IMG/VR virus record: IMGVR_UViG_3300042808_000075
Source: an uncultured virus (IMG/VR IMGVR_UViG_3300042808_000075)
Lineage: Duplodnaviria > Heunggongvirae > Uroviricota > Caudoviricetes
Reading direction: 5' to 3' (one strand)
DNA: 63,304 nt
A model generated the notes under the pieces. The model had not been told where the DNA came from. It worked only from the letters and a program-made list of their open reading frames with translations, and ran no database searches. Below, in pieces: positions 20,156-29,217 of this stretch. Each line of letters opens with the position of its first letter. Position 1 is the first letter of the stretch. Made by a program: the position numbers and the translations under genes.

Positions 20156-20659
20156 TTATTTTTTTTCTTTAAACGCCAACTCCATAGTAGATAGAGCAAG
20201 TTTTTCTTTACCAAACAATTCATGTAATACTTTAGGATTATAACTACGAGTACCATCAGTAGTATATTTTACAATCTTTCTCAATTCACCACGTAAAGTA
20301 TCCATTTGGTCAAAAAAAGCCTTATTCTTTTTAAATAATTCAATAATAGGTTCAAGCATTAAGATTAAATCTTTAGCTTCACGGCGTTGTTTTCTTGTTT
20401 CAGAGATTTTTTTTGAAAGCAAATAACCTTGACTTGCATTGAATGTATGTAATTCTAAATAATGATTGATATCAGTCATTATATTTTGGCAATGATTATA
20501 TTCTTCATTGCAAACAGTCAAAAGAGATGGTAGCTCTCTAGTTAATTGAGAAAAATCTTCTAATGTTTGTTTCATTTTTAATACTTTTTCTTTATCTTCT
20601 TCTTTCAATTTTATCAACTCCTTTGAAAAAATTATAACAATAATCTGTAGTATTGTCAA
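20156..20659 (-). CDS. conserved phage coiled-coil protein
   Basis: D..H..EL...NA..GY......R..RR..KD; true start probably TTG near 20608. Confidence 0.7.
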   Translation of the reverse strand: MTILQIIVIIFSKELIKLKEEDKEKVLKMKQTLEDFSQLTRELPSLLTVCNEEYNHCQNIMTDINHYLELHTFNASQGYLLSKKISETRKQRREAKDLILMLEPIIELFKKNKAFFDQMDTLRGELRKIVKYTTDGTRSYNPKVLHELFGKEKLALSTMELAFKEKK

Positions 20660-20832
20660 CCGCTTTGAGGATAATGTTTTTTAAAATAGATAAAGTACAA
20701 TTTCAAAAAACATTAACATCATATATATATTATGAAAAACAAAAACCTCATTGATATTTAATCAATGAGGTTTACAGGTAATTTAGCAATTCAATTGTCT
20801 ACCTTTCTGTCATGGAACCTGTTGTTTGTGTT

Positions 20833-21081
20833 TTAAACAGCTTTGATATTTTCTTGCATTTGTTTAATAACGTTCAAGCAGAAATCACGTTTGGCGTTTG
20901 TGGTATACCGCAAAGAGTTAATCAACAGTTCGGGATAATGTTTGTAGACCATTGCTACTTTTTTAATAGCTTTCGGGTCATATAATACCAATTTATCCCG
21001 CAAAAACAATACAATACTGGTTTGATTGATTTGATTCTGCGCTCCCGGTTCTACCAAATCTCTAATCTTTAAATGTGTCAT
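20833..21081 (-). CDS. hypothetical protein
   Basis: ORF with SD GGGGTG and its own promoter 21138-21166. Confidence 0.7.
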   Translation of the reverse strand: MTHLKIRDLVEPGAQNQINQTSIVLFLRDKLVLYDPKAIKKVAMVYKHYPELLINSLRYTTNAKRDFCLNVIKQMQENIKAV

Positions 21082-21272
21082 AATATTTTCACCCCTTATT
21101 AAAATTTTATTTAGTAAAATATCATTTACTTGAACTCAGTATAACATACATTATTCAACTTGTAAATAGTTTTTTTGAAAACAAATGAACTTCTTTAAAG
21201 TTTTTTTTCGTAATAAACTATAACTTCAAATTTCTATAATACTAATGTATTCTGTCAATTCACCCCAAATAG

Positions 21273-21623
21273 TTAATCTTTAAGGTGATGAATCAATGCA
21301 TATGACAAAAGTAGATTTTTACATTCTTCTGCTTCATTTTTATATTCAAGCGGGAATTCTATGATTTTAACAACTGAACTCGAAAGTTTAATTGGTTTAG
21401 TAATTATATCAATATGTTGATATTTGCTTTTTAGTTTAGCTTCTAACTGTTTAAAATCATTAAACTCAAACGCTTGAAGGTAATCTTGTCTTAATGAAGA
21501 ATATGTCCTAGTGTAGATAGGAAAATTATTACCGTGATTAAATTCGATAATAAATATTAATTTTAATACATTTTTATTGCTATTACTATTACTTAAAATA
21601 ATATCTTTTAATTTGACTTTCAT
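21273..21623 (-). CDS. hypothetical protein (follows array 2 but is not a family member)
   Basis: Lacks family motifs. Confidence 0.7.
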   Translation of the reverse strand: MKVKLKDIILSNSNSNKNVLKLIFIIEFNHGNNFPIYTRTYSSLRQDYLQAFEFNDFKQLEAKLKSKYQHIDIITKPIKLSSSVVKIIEFPLEYKNEAEECKNLLLSYALIHHLKD

Positions 21624-21978
21624 TATTTACACCCCTTTTCAATCCTATATTGAAGATTCTATTAACAATAGTTTTTAATTCTTGTTTGTCTAGATATTCA
21701 AAAGGTAATTTAAATACTCCATTTCCCCAATTTTCTTTTAACCATTCATAACCGTCTTGTGATTCTTTGTATATTGTTTCTAAAAACATATGGTTTGTAT
21801 ATTTTTTGCGAAACCATTTTTCTACTTTACAATCGTTAAAATATATAAACCAATCTTTATCTAATTTATCAAAATCTAAGTTTTTATACACATAATCATA
21901 TTGCTGTTGCGTATAGTTTAATTCAAATGTATTTTTATAACAATACCAATACTTATTGCGTTCTATTTCAATCTTCAT
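21589..21978 (-). CDS. ~118-aa repeat-family protein (array 2)
   Basis: Family motifs. Confidence 0.85.
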   Translation of the reverse strand: MKIEIERNKYWYCYKNTFELNYTQQQYDYVYKNLDFDKLDKDWFIYFNDCKVEKWFRKKYTNHMFLETIYKESQDGYEWLKENWGNGVFKLPFEYLDKQELKTIVNRIFNIGLKRGVNNESQIKRYYFK

Positions 21979-22334
21979 TGTTTATTCCTTATGTGTTTCA
22001 TATTTATATTAATTGTTTTATTTACTATTGTTTTTAACTCTTGTTTATCTGTATAATAAACATATAATTTAAAAACACCTTTACCCCAATTGTTTTTTAA
22101 ATATTGATAACCTTCTGGTGATTGATGATAAATAGCTTTTAAATAATTAGTATTTATATATGTTTTACAAAACCATTCTTCTGCTGTTTTATTACTAAAT
22201 TTTATCCAGTCATCTTTATCTAATTTGTCAAAATATAAATATTTAAATATATAATCATATTCTTTTTGCGTATATTTTAATTCATCTATACAATAATCCC
22301 AATAGTTTTCATATTGTTCTATTTTAATTTTCAT
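21975..22334 (-). CDS. ~118-aa repeat-family protein (array 2)
   Basis: Family motifs. Confidence 0.85.
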   Translation of the reverse strand: MKIKIEQYENYWDYCIDELKYTQKEYDYIFKYLYFDKLDKDDWIKFSNKTAEEWFCKTYINTNYLKAIYHQSPEGYQYLKNNWGKGVFKLYVYYTDKQELKTIVNKTININMKHIRNKQ

Positions 22335-22693
22335 TATTTGACCCTTATTAATTCTACATTAACTACTTTATTTACAATGGTTTTTAATTCTTGTTTATCT
22401 GGATAATGAATATCTAATTTAAAAACACCTTTACGCCAATTGTCTTTTAACCATTGATAACCTTCTGGTGAATCATTATATATTTCATCTAACCAACGAA
22501 TATTTATATATGTTTCATAAAACCATTCTCCTGTTTCTTTATCATTAAAATATATATAATAATCTTTATCTAATTTATTAAAATCTAAATATTTAAAAAC
22601 ATAATCATATTGTTTTGGTGCATAATTCCATTCGTTTATCTTATAACGCCACCAATATTTATTATGGTGGTGTTGTAGTATTTTTATTTTCAT
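22334..22693 (-). CDS. ~118-aa repeat-family protein (array 2)
   Basis: Family motifs. Confidence 0.85.
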   Translation of the reverse strand: MKIKILQHHHNKYWWRYKINEWNYAPKQYDYVFKYLDFNKLDKDYYIYFNDKETGEWFYETYINIRWLDEIYNDSPEGYQWLKDNWRKGVFKLDIHYPDKQELKTIVNKVVNVELIRVK

Positions 22694-22695
22694 AA

Positions 22696-23049
22696 TTATC
22701 TCCTTATTAATTCTACATTAATAATTTTATTCACTATTGTTTTTAATTCTTGTTTATCTAAGTAAAAAAAATTTATTGTAAATATTCCTTTACCCCAATT
22801 CTCTTTTAACCATTGATATCCTTCTGGTGATTTATTATATATATCATCTAACCAATTTTCTTCTATATATGTTTTATGAAACCATTCTCCTGTTTCTTTA
22901 TCATTAAAAGTTATATGTTTATTTTTATCTGATTTATCAAAATCTAAATATTTAAAAACATAATCATATTTTTTTGGTGCATAATTCCATTCGTTTATCT
23001 TATAACGCCACAAATATTTATTGTGTTGTTGTAGTATTTTTATTTTCAT
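22696..23049 (-). CDS. ~118-aa repeat-family protein (array 2)
   Basis: Family motifs. Confidence 0.85.
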   Translation of the reverse strand: MKIKILQQHNKYLWRYKINEWNYAPKKYDYVFKYLDFDKSDKNKHITFNDKETGEWFHKTYIEENWLDDIYNKSPEGYQWLKENWGKGIFTINFFYLDKQELKTIVNKIINVELIRR

Positions 23050-23051
23050 AA

Positions 23052-23417
23052 TTACCTCCTTATTAACTCTACATTAATAATTTTATTAACTATTGTTTTA
23101 AACTCTTGTTTGTCTGAATACCAAATTATTAAGTTAAAAATATCTTTACCCCAATTTTCACTCAACCACTCATAACCTAATGGTGATTCTTTATATACAT
23201 CTTCTAAATAATTAGTATCTGTATATATTTTATAAAACCATTCTTTTGTTTCTTTATTGCTAAAATGTATAGGCCAATATTTGTCTATTTTATCAAAACC
23301 TAAATATTTAAAAATATAATCGTGTTGTTCTTGGTTATAATGCTTCCATATATTATTAATATTATATTTCCAATAATGATTATATGTTTTATTGATTGTT
23401 ATTTTCACAATTCCCAC
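23052..23417 (-). CDS. ~118-aa repeat-family protein (array 2)
   Basis: Family motifs. Confidence 0.85.
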   Translation of the reverse strand: MGIVKITINKTYNHYWKYNINNIWKHYNQEQHDYIFKYLGFDKIDKYWPIHFSNKETKEWFYKIYTDTNYLEDVYKESPLGYEWLSENWGKDIFNLIIWYSDKQEFKTIVNKIINVELIRR

Positions 23418-23764
23418 CCTATTAATTCTATATTAATGACTTTGTTAACAATAGTTTTCAACTCTTGTTTGTCTTGATAATAAATATTAATTTTAAATAA
23501 ACCTTTACACCAATTGTCTTTTAGATATTGATAAACTTCTGGTGATTGATTATATATGTTTTCTATTAAGTGAATATTTGTATATATTTCATGAAATGAA
23601 CATTCTATTTCATTATTATCAAACAATATCCATTCGTTTTTGTCTAGTTTTTCAAAATCTAGATATTTAAACACATAATCATATTCTTTTTGTTTATACT
23701 CTGATTCCTCTATGCAATAGCTCCAATAGTTATTGTTTTTATATTGTTTTATTTTAATTTTCAT
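23405..23764 (-). CDS. ~118-aa repeat-family protein (array 2)
   Basis: Family motifs. Confidence 0.85.
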   Translation of the reverse strand: MKIKIKQYKNNNYWSYCIEESEYKQKEYDYVFKYLDFEKLDKNEWILFDNNEIECSFHEIYTNIHLIENIYNQSPEVYQYLKDNWCKGLFKINIYYQDKQELKTIVNKVINIELIGWEL

Positions 23765-24120
23765 TTTTTATTTTTCCTTATTAATTCTATATTGATTATT
23801 TTATTAATAATAGTTTTAAATTCTTGTTTGTCTGGATACCATATATCTATTTTAAACTTACCATTTCCCCAATTGCCTTTCAACCATTCATAACCTTCTG
23901 GTGATTGATTGTGTATTTTACTTAAATAATGACTATTTGTATATGTTTCATGAAACCATTCTTCTGTTTGTTTATTATTAAAAAGTAACCACCAATTTTT
24001 ATCTAGTTTATCAAAATTTAAATATTTATATACATAATCGAATTGTTCTTGTGCATAATTTAATTCTGCATTATCATCGTAACTATGAAAATTATTATAT
24101 TTAAATATTACAATTTTCAT
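23761..24120 (-). CDS. ~118-aa repeat-family protein (array 2)
   Basis: Family motifs. Confidence 0.85.
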   Translation of the reverse strand: MKIVIFKYNNFHSYDDNAELNYAQEQFDYVYKYLNFDKLDKNWWLLFNNKQTEEWFHETYTNSHYLSKIHNQSPEGYEWLKGNWGNGKFKIDIWYPDKQEFKTIINKIINIELIRKNKK

Positions 24121-24476
24121 TAAATATAACCTCTTTTTAATTCTATATTTATAAATTTATTAACAATGGTTTTTAACTCTCGCTTATCTTGATAGTAAAC
24201 TAGAATAACAAAAACACCATTACCCCAATTTTCTTTTAACCATTCGTATCCTAAAGGTGAATCTTTATATATGTTTTCTAATAAACGTTCATATATATAT
24301 TTATTATGAAACCATTTTTCTGTTTCTTTATTTTTAAAAAATATAAAATTATCTTTATCTAATTTGTCAAAATCCAAGTGCTTAAACATATAATCATATT
24401 TTTTTTGTTCAAGAGTTAATTCATTTATGTTATAACACCAACTCCAAAGTTTATATTTTTTTATTTCTATTTTCAT
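24120..24476 (-). CDS. ~118-aa repeat-family protein (array 2)
   Basis: Family motifs. Confidence 0.85.
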   Translation of the reverse strand: MKIEIKKYKLWSWCYNINELTLEQKKYDYMFKHLDFDKLDKDNFIFFKNKETEKWFHNKYIYERLLENIYKDSPLGYEWLKENWGNGVFVILVYYQDKRELKTIVNKFINIELKRGYI

Positions 24477-24852
24477 TATTGTTCTCCTTTACTATAATAT
24501 GCTTTCTTTTTAATTCTAAATTTATTACTCTATTAACTATTGTTTTTAATTTTTGCTTATCTGAGTAAAAAACAAACAATTCGAAAATACCATTTCCCCA
24601 ATTGTTTTTTATCCACTCATAACCTGAAGGTGAGTAATTATATATATTTTCTAGATGACAACTATCTATATATGTTTTGCAAAACCAATTTTTTATTTTT
24701 TTATTACTAAAATGTATAGTCCAATCTTTATCTAGTTTATCAAAATCTAAATGTTTAAATATATAATCATATTCTTTTTGTTTATAATATATTTCATTTA
24801 TACCGTGATAACACCAAAAATTACCATCTTCTGTTTTTATTTTAATTTTCAT
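24451..24852 (-). CDS. ~118-aa repeat-family protein (array 2, C-terminal extension)
   Basis: Family motifs. Confidence 0.85.
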   Translation of the reverse strand: MKIKIKTEDGNFWCYHGINEIYYKQKEYDYIFKHLDFDKLDKDWTIHFSNKKIKNWFCKTYIDSCHLENIYNYSPSGYEWIKNNWGNGIFELFVFYSDKQKLKTIVNRVINLELKRKHIIVKENNNENRNKKI

Positions 24853-24854
24853 TA

Positions 24855-25208
24855 TTATTTTTCCTTATTTATTAGTTTTACATTAATTATTTTATTAACT
24901 ATTGTTTTTAACTCTTGTTTATCTGAATAATGAATATTCATTCTAAAAACATTTTCACCCCAATTATTCTTTAACCATTGATAACCTTCTGGTGATTGAT
25001 TATATATATCTTCTAACCAATCTTTCTCTATATATTTCCTTTTAAAACGTTGTTTTATTTCTAAATCAGTGAAATATATATACTTACTTTTATATAGTTT
25101 ATCAAAATCTAAATATTTTAATGCGTAATCAAATTCTTTTTGTATATAATATAAGTCATTTATACAGTAACGCCAATATTTATGATATTGTTCAATTTTA
25201 ATCTTCAT
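24855..25208 (-). CDS. ~118-aa repeat-family protein (array 2)
   Basis: Family motifs. Confidence 0.85.
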   Translation of the reverse strand: MKIKIEQYHKYWRYCINDLYYIQKEFDYALKYLDFDKLYKSKYIYFTDLEIKQRFKRKYIEKDWLEDIYNQSPEGYQWLKNNWGENVFRMNIHYSDKQELKTIVNKIINVKLINKEK

Positions 25209-25567
25209 TAATTTCTCCTACTAAAACCAAATTCTACATTAATCATTTTATTAACTATTGTTTTTAACTCTTGTTTATCTGGATAATAAACAGATAGCAT
25301 TCTAAATATTCCATTACCCCAATTTTCTTTTAGATATTGATAACCTTCTGGTGATTCATTATATATTGTTTCTAAATTAATATTGTTTGTATATGTTTTA
25401 CAAAACCATTCTTTTAATTTATAATCTTTAAAATGTACCAGAGAATCTTTATATAATTTTTCAAAATCCAAATATTTAAAAATATAATCAAATTCTTTTT
25501 GTCTATATTCCCATTCATTTACAAAATAACGATAACCATCGCTATAGTTTTTTATTTCAATTTTCAT
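25208..25567 (-). CDS. ~118-aa repeat-family protein (array 2)
   Basis: Family motifs. Confidence 0.85.
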   Translation of the reverse strand: MKIEIKNYSDGYRYFVNEWEYRQKEFDYIFKYLDFEKLYKDSLVHFKDYKLKEWFCKTYTNNINLETIYNESPEGYQYLKENWGNGIFRMLSVYYPDKQELKTIVNKMINVEFGFSRRN

Positions 25568-25922
25568 TTGTCATACTCCTTTTTAACTCCACATTTATTA
25601 CTCTATTTACTATTGTTTTTAATTCTTGTTTATCTGAATAATAAATTCCTATTCTAAAAACATCTTTACCCCAATTGTTTTTTAACCACTCATATCCTTC
25701 TGGATGATTTGAATATATAGAAATTAAAGTTTTTGCATCTGTATATTTTTTATAAAAATCATTCTTTGTTTTTTTATCTATAAAGGATATGAGAAAATGT
25801 TTATTTAACTTATCAAAATTTAAATATTTAAATGCATAATTATATTGTTCTCTTTGGTATTTTATATCGTTTAAATTGAAATACCAAAAACCTTCTGTAA
25901 AATTCACTAAATCAATTCTCAT
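25557..25922 (-). CDS. ~118-aa repeat-family protein (array 2, first gene)
   Basis: Family motifs; SD AAGGAG. Confidence 0.85.
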   Translation of the reverse strand: MRIDLVNFTEGFWYFNLNDIKYQREQYNYAFKYLNFDKLNKHFLISFIDKKTKNDFYKKYTDAKTLISIYSNHPEGYEWLKNNWGKDVFRIGIYYSDKQELKTIVNRVINVELKRSMTNEN

Positions 25923-25954
25923 TAATATATCTCCTTATAGTATTTGCTATATTA

Positions 25955-25983
25955 ATTATAACATATTTATTAAAAATTGTAAA
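25955..25983 (-). promoter_or_regulatory. promoter of array 2
   Basis: TTTACA-17 nt-TATAAT with TG extension. Confidence 0.8.
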
Positions 25984-26155
25984 TGAAAAAAGTTGGGTTA
26001 TCGTTTCCCCAACTTTTTTTGTGTTTCTGTTTTCTACTGTAATCTTTTTTGCTTTTGTGAACACCACACCCAGATTTTACAACATTATCATTGCGATTTA
26101 ACTTCCCACTTGCATTAACTTGTAAATTAACCCCAGATATTTTTCCGATTTTCAC
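25970..26155 (-). CDS. small basic ArfA/BrfA-like ribosome rescue peptide candidate
   Basis: GVHKSKKDYSRKQKHKK resembles ArfA KGKGSYxRKxKH; terminator lies inside the CDS. Confidence 0.55.
   Translation of the reverse strand: MKIGKISGVNLQVNASGKLNRNDNVVKSGCGVHKSKKDYSRKQKHKKSWGNDNPTFFIYNF
25986..26020 (-). terminator. intrinsic terminator inside CDS, upstream of stop codon
   Basis: Minus strand AAAAAAGTTGGG-loop-CCCAACTTTTTT; stop codon is at 25970-25972. Confidence 0.75.
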
Positions 26156-26171
26156 AAAATCACTCTCCTTA

Positions 26172-26492
26172 TTATTCTAAAAAAACTTTAATTAAAACTT
26201 GGTTTTTGGTTGTTTTAAATAAAATATCAAATGCTTTATTAGCATCATTTTCATTTAAAAAATAAATCTCATCTATCATATTATGATAATTGTTTATTGT
26301 CACAACACAAGTTTTTATTTTTTGCAATTGTTTTGTGTATTGTTCATATGTTATATTATTCCATAATTCAACATTATAAACAATAGTGCTATATCCATGT
26401 TTTAATTTAACATAATAACGATAATCATTTTTTTCAATAACATAACTATATCGACCAACATCCATCCTTCTTATTGTAATGAAAATCATCAA
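26172..26492 (-). CDS. hypothetical protein
   Basis: ORF in operon. Confidence 0.65.
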   Translation of the reverse strand: MMIFITIRRMDVGRYSYVIEKNDYRYYVKLKHGYSTIVYNVELWNNITYEQYTKQLQKIKTCVVTINNYHNMIDEIYFLNENDANKAFDILFKTTKNQVLIKVFLE

Positions 26493-26498
26493 CTTCTT

Positions 26499-26798
26499 TC
26501 AATTGTTTTTATTAAGATAATTCATTAGAATAATTGATTTAATTTTACTTTCTATTTCATTATATTCTAAAAAAACATCAGTAGTAAAACAAAGTAACAA
26601 ATCATAATTTATCCAATTCAAATCTTTATAATGAATAAATGATGTAAAATGACAACAAACATCATACAATTGTTTTTTATCAATCATTTTTGTGTTTAAT
26701 ATATCTTTAGTGTTTAAAACAAAACTTGAAATACAACTTCCATCAGGGAATCTACATTGTTCATGGAAAACAAATTTAATTTTTAAATCAAAATTCAT
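26499..26798 (-). CDS. hypothetical protein
   Basis: ORF coupled by ATGA overlap. Confidence 0.65.
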   Translation of the reverse strand: MNFDLKIKFVFHEQCRFPDGSCISSFVLNTKDILNTKMIDKKQLYDVCCHFTSFIHYKDLNWINYDLLLCFTTDVFLEYNEIESKIKSIILMNYLNKNN

Positions 26799-27151
26799 TT
26801 TACATTATCCTTGATTTTTTGTCTGTCACTATTAAACAATGATTGACAACAGCCAGAACCAAAAGCTGGATTAAAATAACTTTGAGCATCTTTAATAATT
26901 TCATCATAAATGCCACATTTATATGTTGTATATTCTTCTGTTTGTTTATCTAATAACAAAAAACAACATTGCTTTTTAACATTGTCCCATTTACCATAAG
27001 CGCAAGGGCATTTTTTACAGCACATACCACACTGCAAACAAGGTTCAATATAATTATTAGCACCAAAAATAACTTTTAATTTTTCTTCTAATTCTTCAAT
27101 GCTTTTTGAATCATTGATTGCCTGTTTAATTTCATCTTTTGAATATTGCAT
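26795..27151 (-). CDS. CxxCxxCC (YkgJ-like) cysteine-cluster protein
   Basis: CLQCGMCC, C.FL, C.IY. Confidence 0.75.
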   Translation of the reverse strand: MQYSKDEIKQAINDSKSIEELEEKLKVIFGANNYIEPCLQCGMCCKKCPCAYGKWDNVKKQCCFLLLDKQTEEYTTYKCGIYDEIIKDAQSYFNPAFGSGCCQSLFNSDRQKIKDNVK

Positions 27152-27222
27152 GTCAATCTGCTCCTTCTAAAATGCAAATTAATTCTTCTGCTTGTACTTC
27201 TTTTATGAATTGTTCTGCGTCT

Positions 27223-27504
27223 TCAATAGTATAAAACAAAATCATCAATTATTTCACCATTGTTTTTTTTAATCTTCCCTTTATAATCAATATTGCGATA
27301 TCTGTTTTCAAAACGATATCCTATGTGATCACAATTAAACAATAAATAAAAATCAATTTCATTGCTACCGACAAAAGGTTTGATAAGACTAACTTCTATA
27401 GTAAAGTCATTTCCTTCATGATAAACTATGTAATATTTCTTTTTTAGTTTAAAACATACCCTAATAAAAACAAATATTAATATAATTACAACAATTGTTT
27501 TCAT
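27223..27504 (-). CDS. hypothetical protein with N-terminal hydrophobic helix
   Basis: ORF starts just after promoter 27511-27539 (possibly leaderless). Confidence 0.55.
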   Translation of the reverse strand: MKTIVVIILIFVFIRVCFKLKKKYYIVYHEGNDFTIEVSLIKPFVGSNEIDFYLLFNCDHIGYRFENRYRNIDYKGKIKKNNGEIIDDFVLYY

Positions 27505-27584
27505 GAATTAATTATAACATAAAACTATAAACTTGTAAACAAAAAAAGGCTATATTGTAATATAGCCTTTTAAAATATTAAAGT

Positions 27585-27817
27585 TTACCTATAAAATATA
27601 CATTCACAATCTCTACAGGTATATTCATCATCTCCACCAATATAACTCACACAAGATATAAAAGAGTTTTTATGGTTACAAATTTTTCGCAATTCAGCTA
27701 TTGCTTTTTCTTCTTTTTTATATCTTCATTAATTATTTTTTTCTTATTTTCCAAATTTTTCAATGTAGCAATATGCAATGCAAGTTCTTGTTTTTGTGTT
27801 TCATTTAATTTTGGCAT
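27585..27817 (-). pseudogene. small coiled-coil/Zn-ribbon gene needing a -1 frameshift at A_AAA_AAG
   Basis: SD AGGAG then MPKLNETQKQEL...; frame 0 stops after EDIKKKKKQ; -1 frame reads EEKAIAELRKICNH...YTCRDCECIFYR. Confidence 0.6.
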
Positions 27818-27830
27818 TTCCCTCTCCTGA

Positions 27831-28271
27831 TTATTTAAATAAGTTATTGATGATATCACTTGCTACTTTACCATCATACAAACCATTGTGCCGTTCTTTC
27901 AATGTTTTCATAACCTGTCCCATTTGTTTCTTTTCTTTAATGTCAAATTCTTTAAAAATGTCTTTGATGACAGTTTCTAGTTCTTCAACTGTCATTTGTT
28001 TTTCAATATACTGTTCAAATAAAGCCAATTCTTCTTTAGCTTTACTAGCATCTTTATTTAGTTTTTCACAAAACACAATAGTCTCTTGACAACCTTTAAT
28101 GAATTTTTTAACCACTGCCGTTGCTTCATCATTAGTAGTTTCACGATTGCCTTTATTTTTACCAATCATGCTAATTTCAGACAACAAAGTAGTTAGCAAG
28201 CTCAATTTGTTTGTGTTTTTTTCTTTTCGTGCAATGGCAATATCATTTTTCAACTTTTCAATAGTATTCAT
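27831..28271 (-). CDS. GatB/YqeY domain protein
   Basis: L..D...A.K, E...F..Y..KQMT.EEL, MGQVMK.LK....G.YDGK. Confidence 0.9.
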   Translation of the reverse strand: MNTIEKLKNDIAIARKEKNTNKLSLLTTLLSEISMIGKNKGNRETTNDEATAVVKKFIKGCQETIVFCEKLNKDASKAKEELALFEQYIEKQMTVEELETVIKDIFKEFDIKEKKQMGQVMKTLKERHNGLYDGKVASDIINNLFK

Positions 28272-28351
28272 AATTTTTCTCCTTGTTTTATAATTTATTT
28301 AACAAATTCATTATATCATATTAATTGTAGATTGTAAATGTTTTTTTAAAT

Positions 28352-28377
28352 AAAAAGAGGGGCGTTATGCCCCTCTT
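28352..28377 (-). terminator. intrinsic terminator
   Basis: AAGAGGGGC/GCCCCTCTT stem plus T tract. Confidence 0.8.
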
Positions 28378-28379
28378 CT

Positions 28380-28718
28380 TTACATATTTTTAACTTTTAA
28401 AATAATATTTTCTTCAATTTCTTCATTAGCTAATTCAATACGTTTACTAATTAAAAATCCATCACACAAAAGCCCTGCACAAAATAACAACGGTGTAACA
28501 ACTGTCCAACCTAATAAAATCACACAAAATAACCAAGCTATCAAAATTCCTGCGCCTAAACCACTATCGCCCATATAGAAACGATGCGCTCCAAATGCAC
28601 CTAGAAAAAACCAAAGGAGAAAAGCGATTGTTTTAGTTTTTTGTTTTTTCTGTAACTCGCTGGATACTAACAAAATTTGTTCTGAACTTAAATTCCTCTT
28701 TGCTTCAAAATTATTCAA
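28380..28718 (-). CDS. TM2 domain membrane protein
   Basis: K.K.IAFLLWFFLGAFGAHRFY.G. Confidence 0.9.
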   Translation of the reverse strand: MNNFEAKRNLSSEQILLVSSELQKKQKTKTIAFLLWFFLGAFGAHRFYMGDSGLGAGILIAWLFCVILLGWTVVTPLLFCAGLLCDGFLISKRIELANEEIEENIILKVKNM

Positions 28719-28763
28719 AATAATTAACCCTCCACTTTTTATTTAAAACAGCGTTTACTGTTT

Positions 28764-29156
28764 TTAACTAATACTTACACCTACTAATAAACTTATAGTT
28801 ATAGATAATAGTGCTGAAAAAATACCACGTGCAATATTATTGTTTTTAATTTCTTCATGTTTATCATCTTTCATAAAATGTTCAAAAACAACAAACGTAA
28901 TAGCTAATAATGCAATTCCAATACTTCCCCAAAGAGCCGCTACTAATAAACTTTTGCTAGTTATAATGGCAAAATGTAAAATGTTACCCACACCTAATAT
29001 TTTACCACCAAAATCGATAGCCACTGCAATATTTCCCTTTTTAATTTCTTCAAATTCATTGTAAGGTGTAAGCATTTTTAGAAAAAATGCTGAACCAAGC
29101 AAAACCAATAAAGAAACTAATAAATAACTAACCACGCTAATAAAGACTGTTAACAA
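28764..29156 (-). CDS. DUF350 (YjfL/YshE-like) membrane protein
   Basis: LTPY.EFEEIKKGNIAVA repeated as EEIKNNNIARG; four TM helices. Confidence 0.88.
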   Translation of the reverse strand: MLTVFISVVSYLLVSLLVLLGSAFFLKMLTPYNEFEEIKKGNIAVAIDFGGKILGVGNILHFAIITSKSLLVAALWGSIGIALLAITFVVFEHFMKDDKHEEIKNNNIARGIFSALLSITISLLVGVSIS

Positions 29157-29217
29157 TTAACTTCCCCCTTCAAAATATTGTATCTTTTCTAATTTATCCA
29201 TATAATCAACATCACTT

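Larger units (their letters stand above)
21589..25922 (-). repeat. tandem paralog array 2 (12 copies)
   Basis: Twelve adjacent ORFs with the family motifs. Confidence 0.95.

Noticed and set aside
27150..27250. Frameshift extension of 27223-27504
   Set aside because: The downstream frame has its own stop, SD (GGTGA) and ATG, so it is better read as a separate ~30-aa ORF
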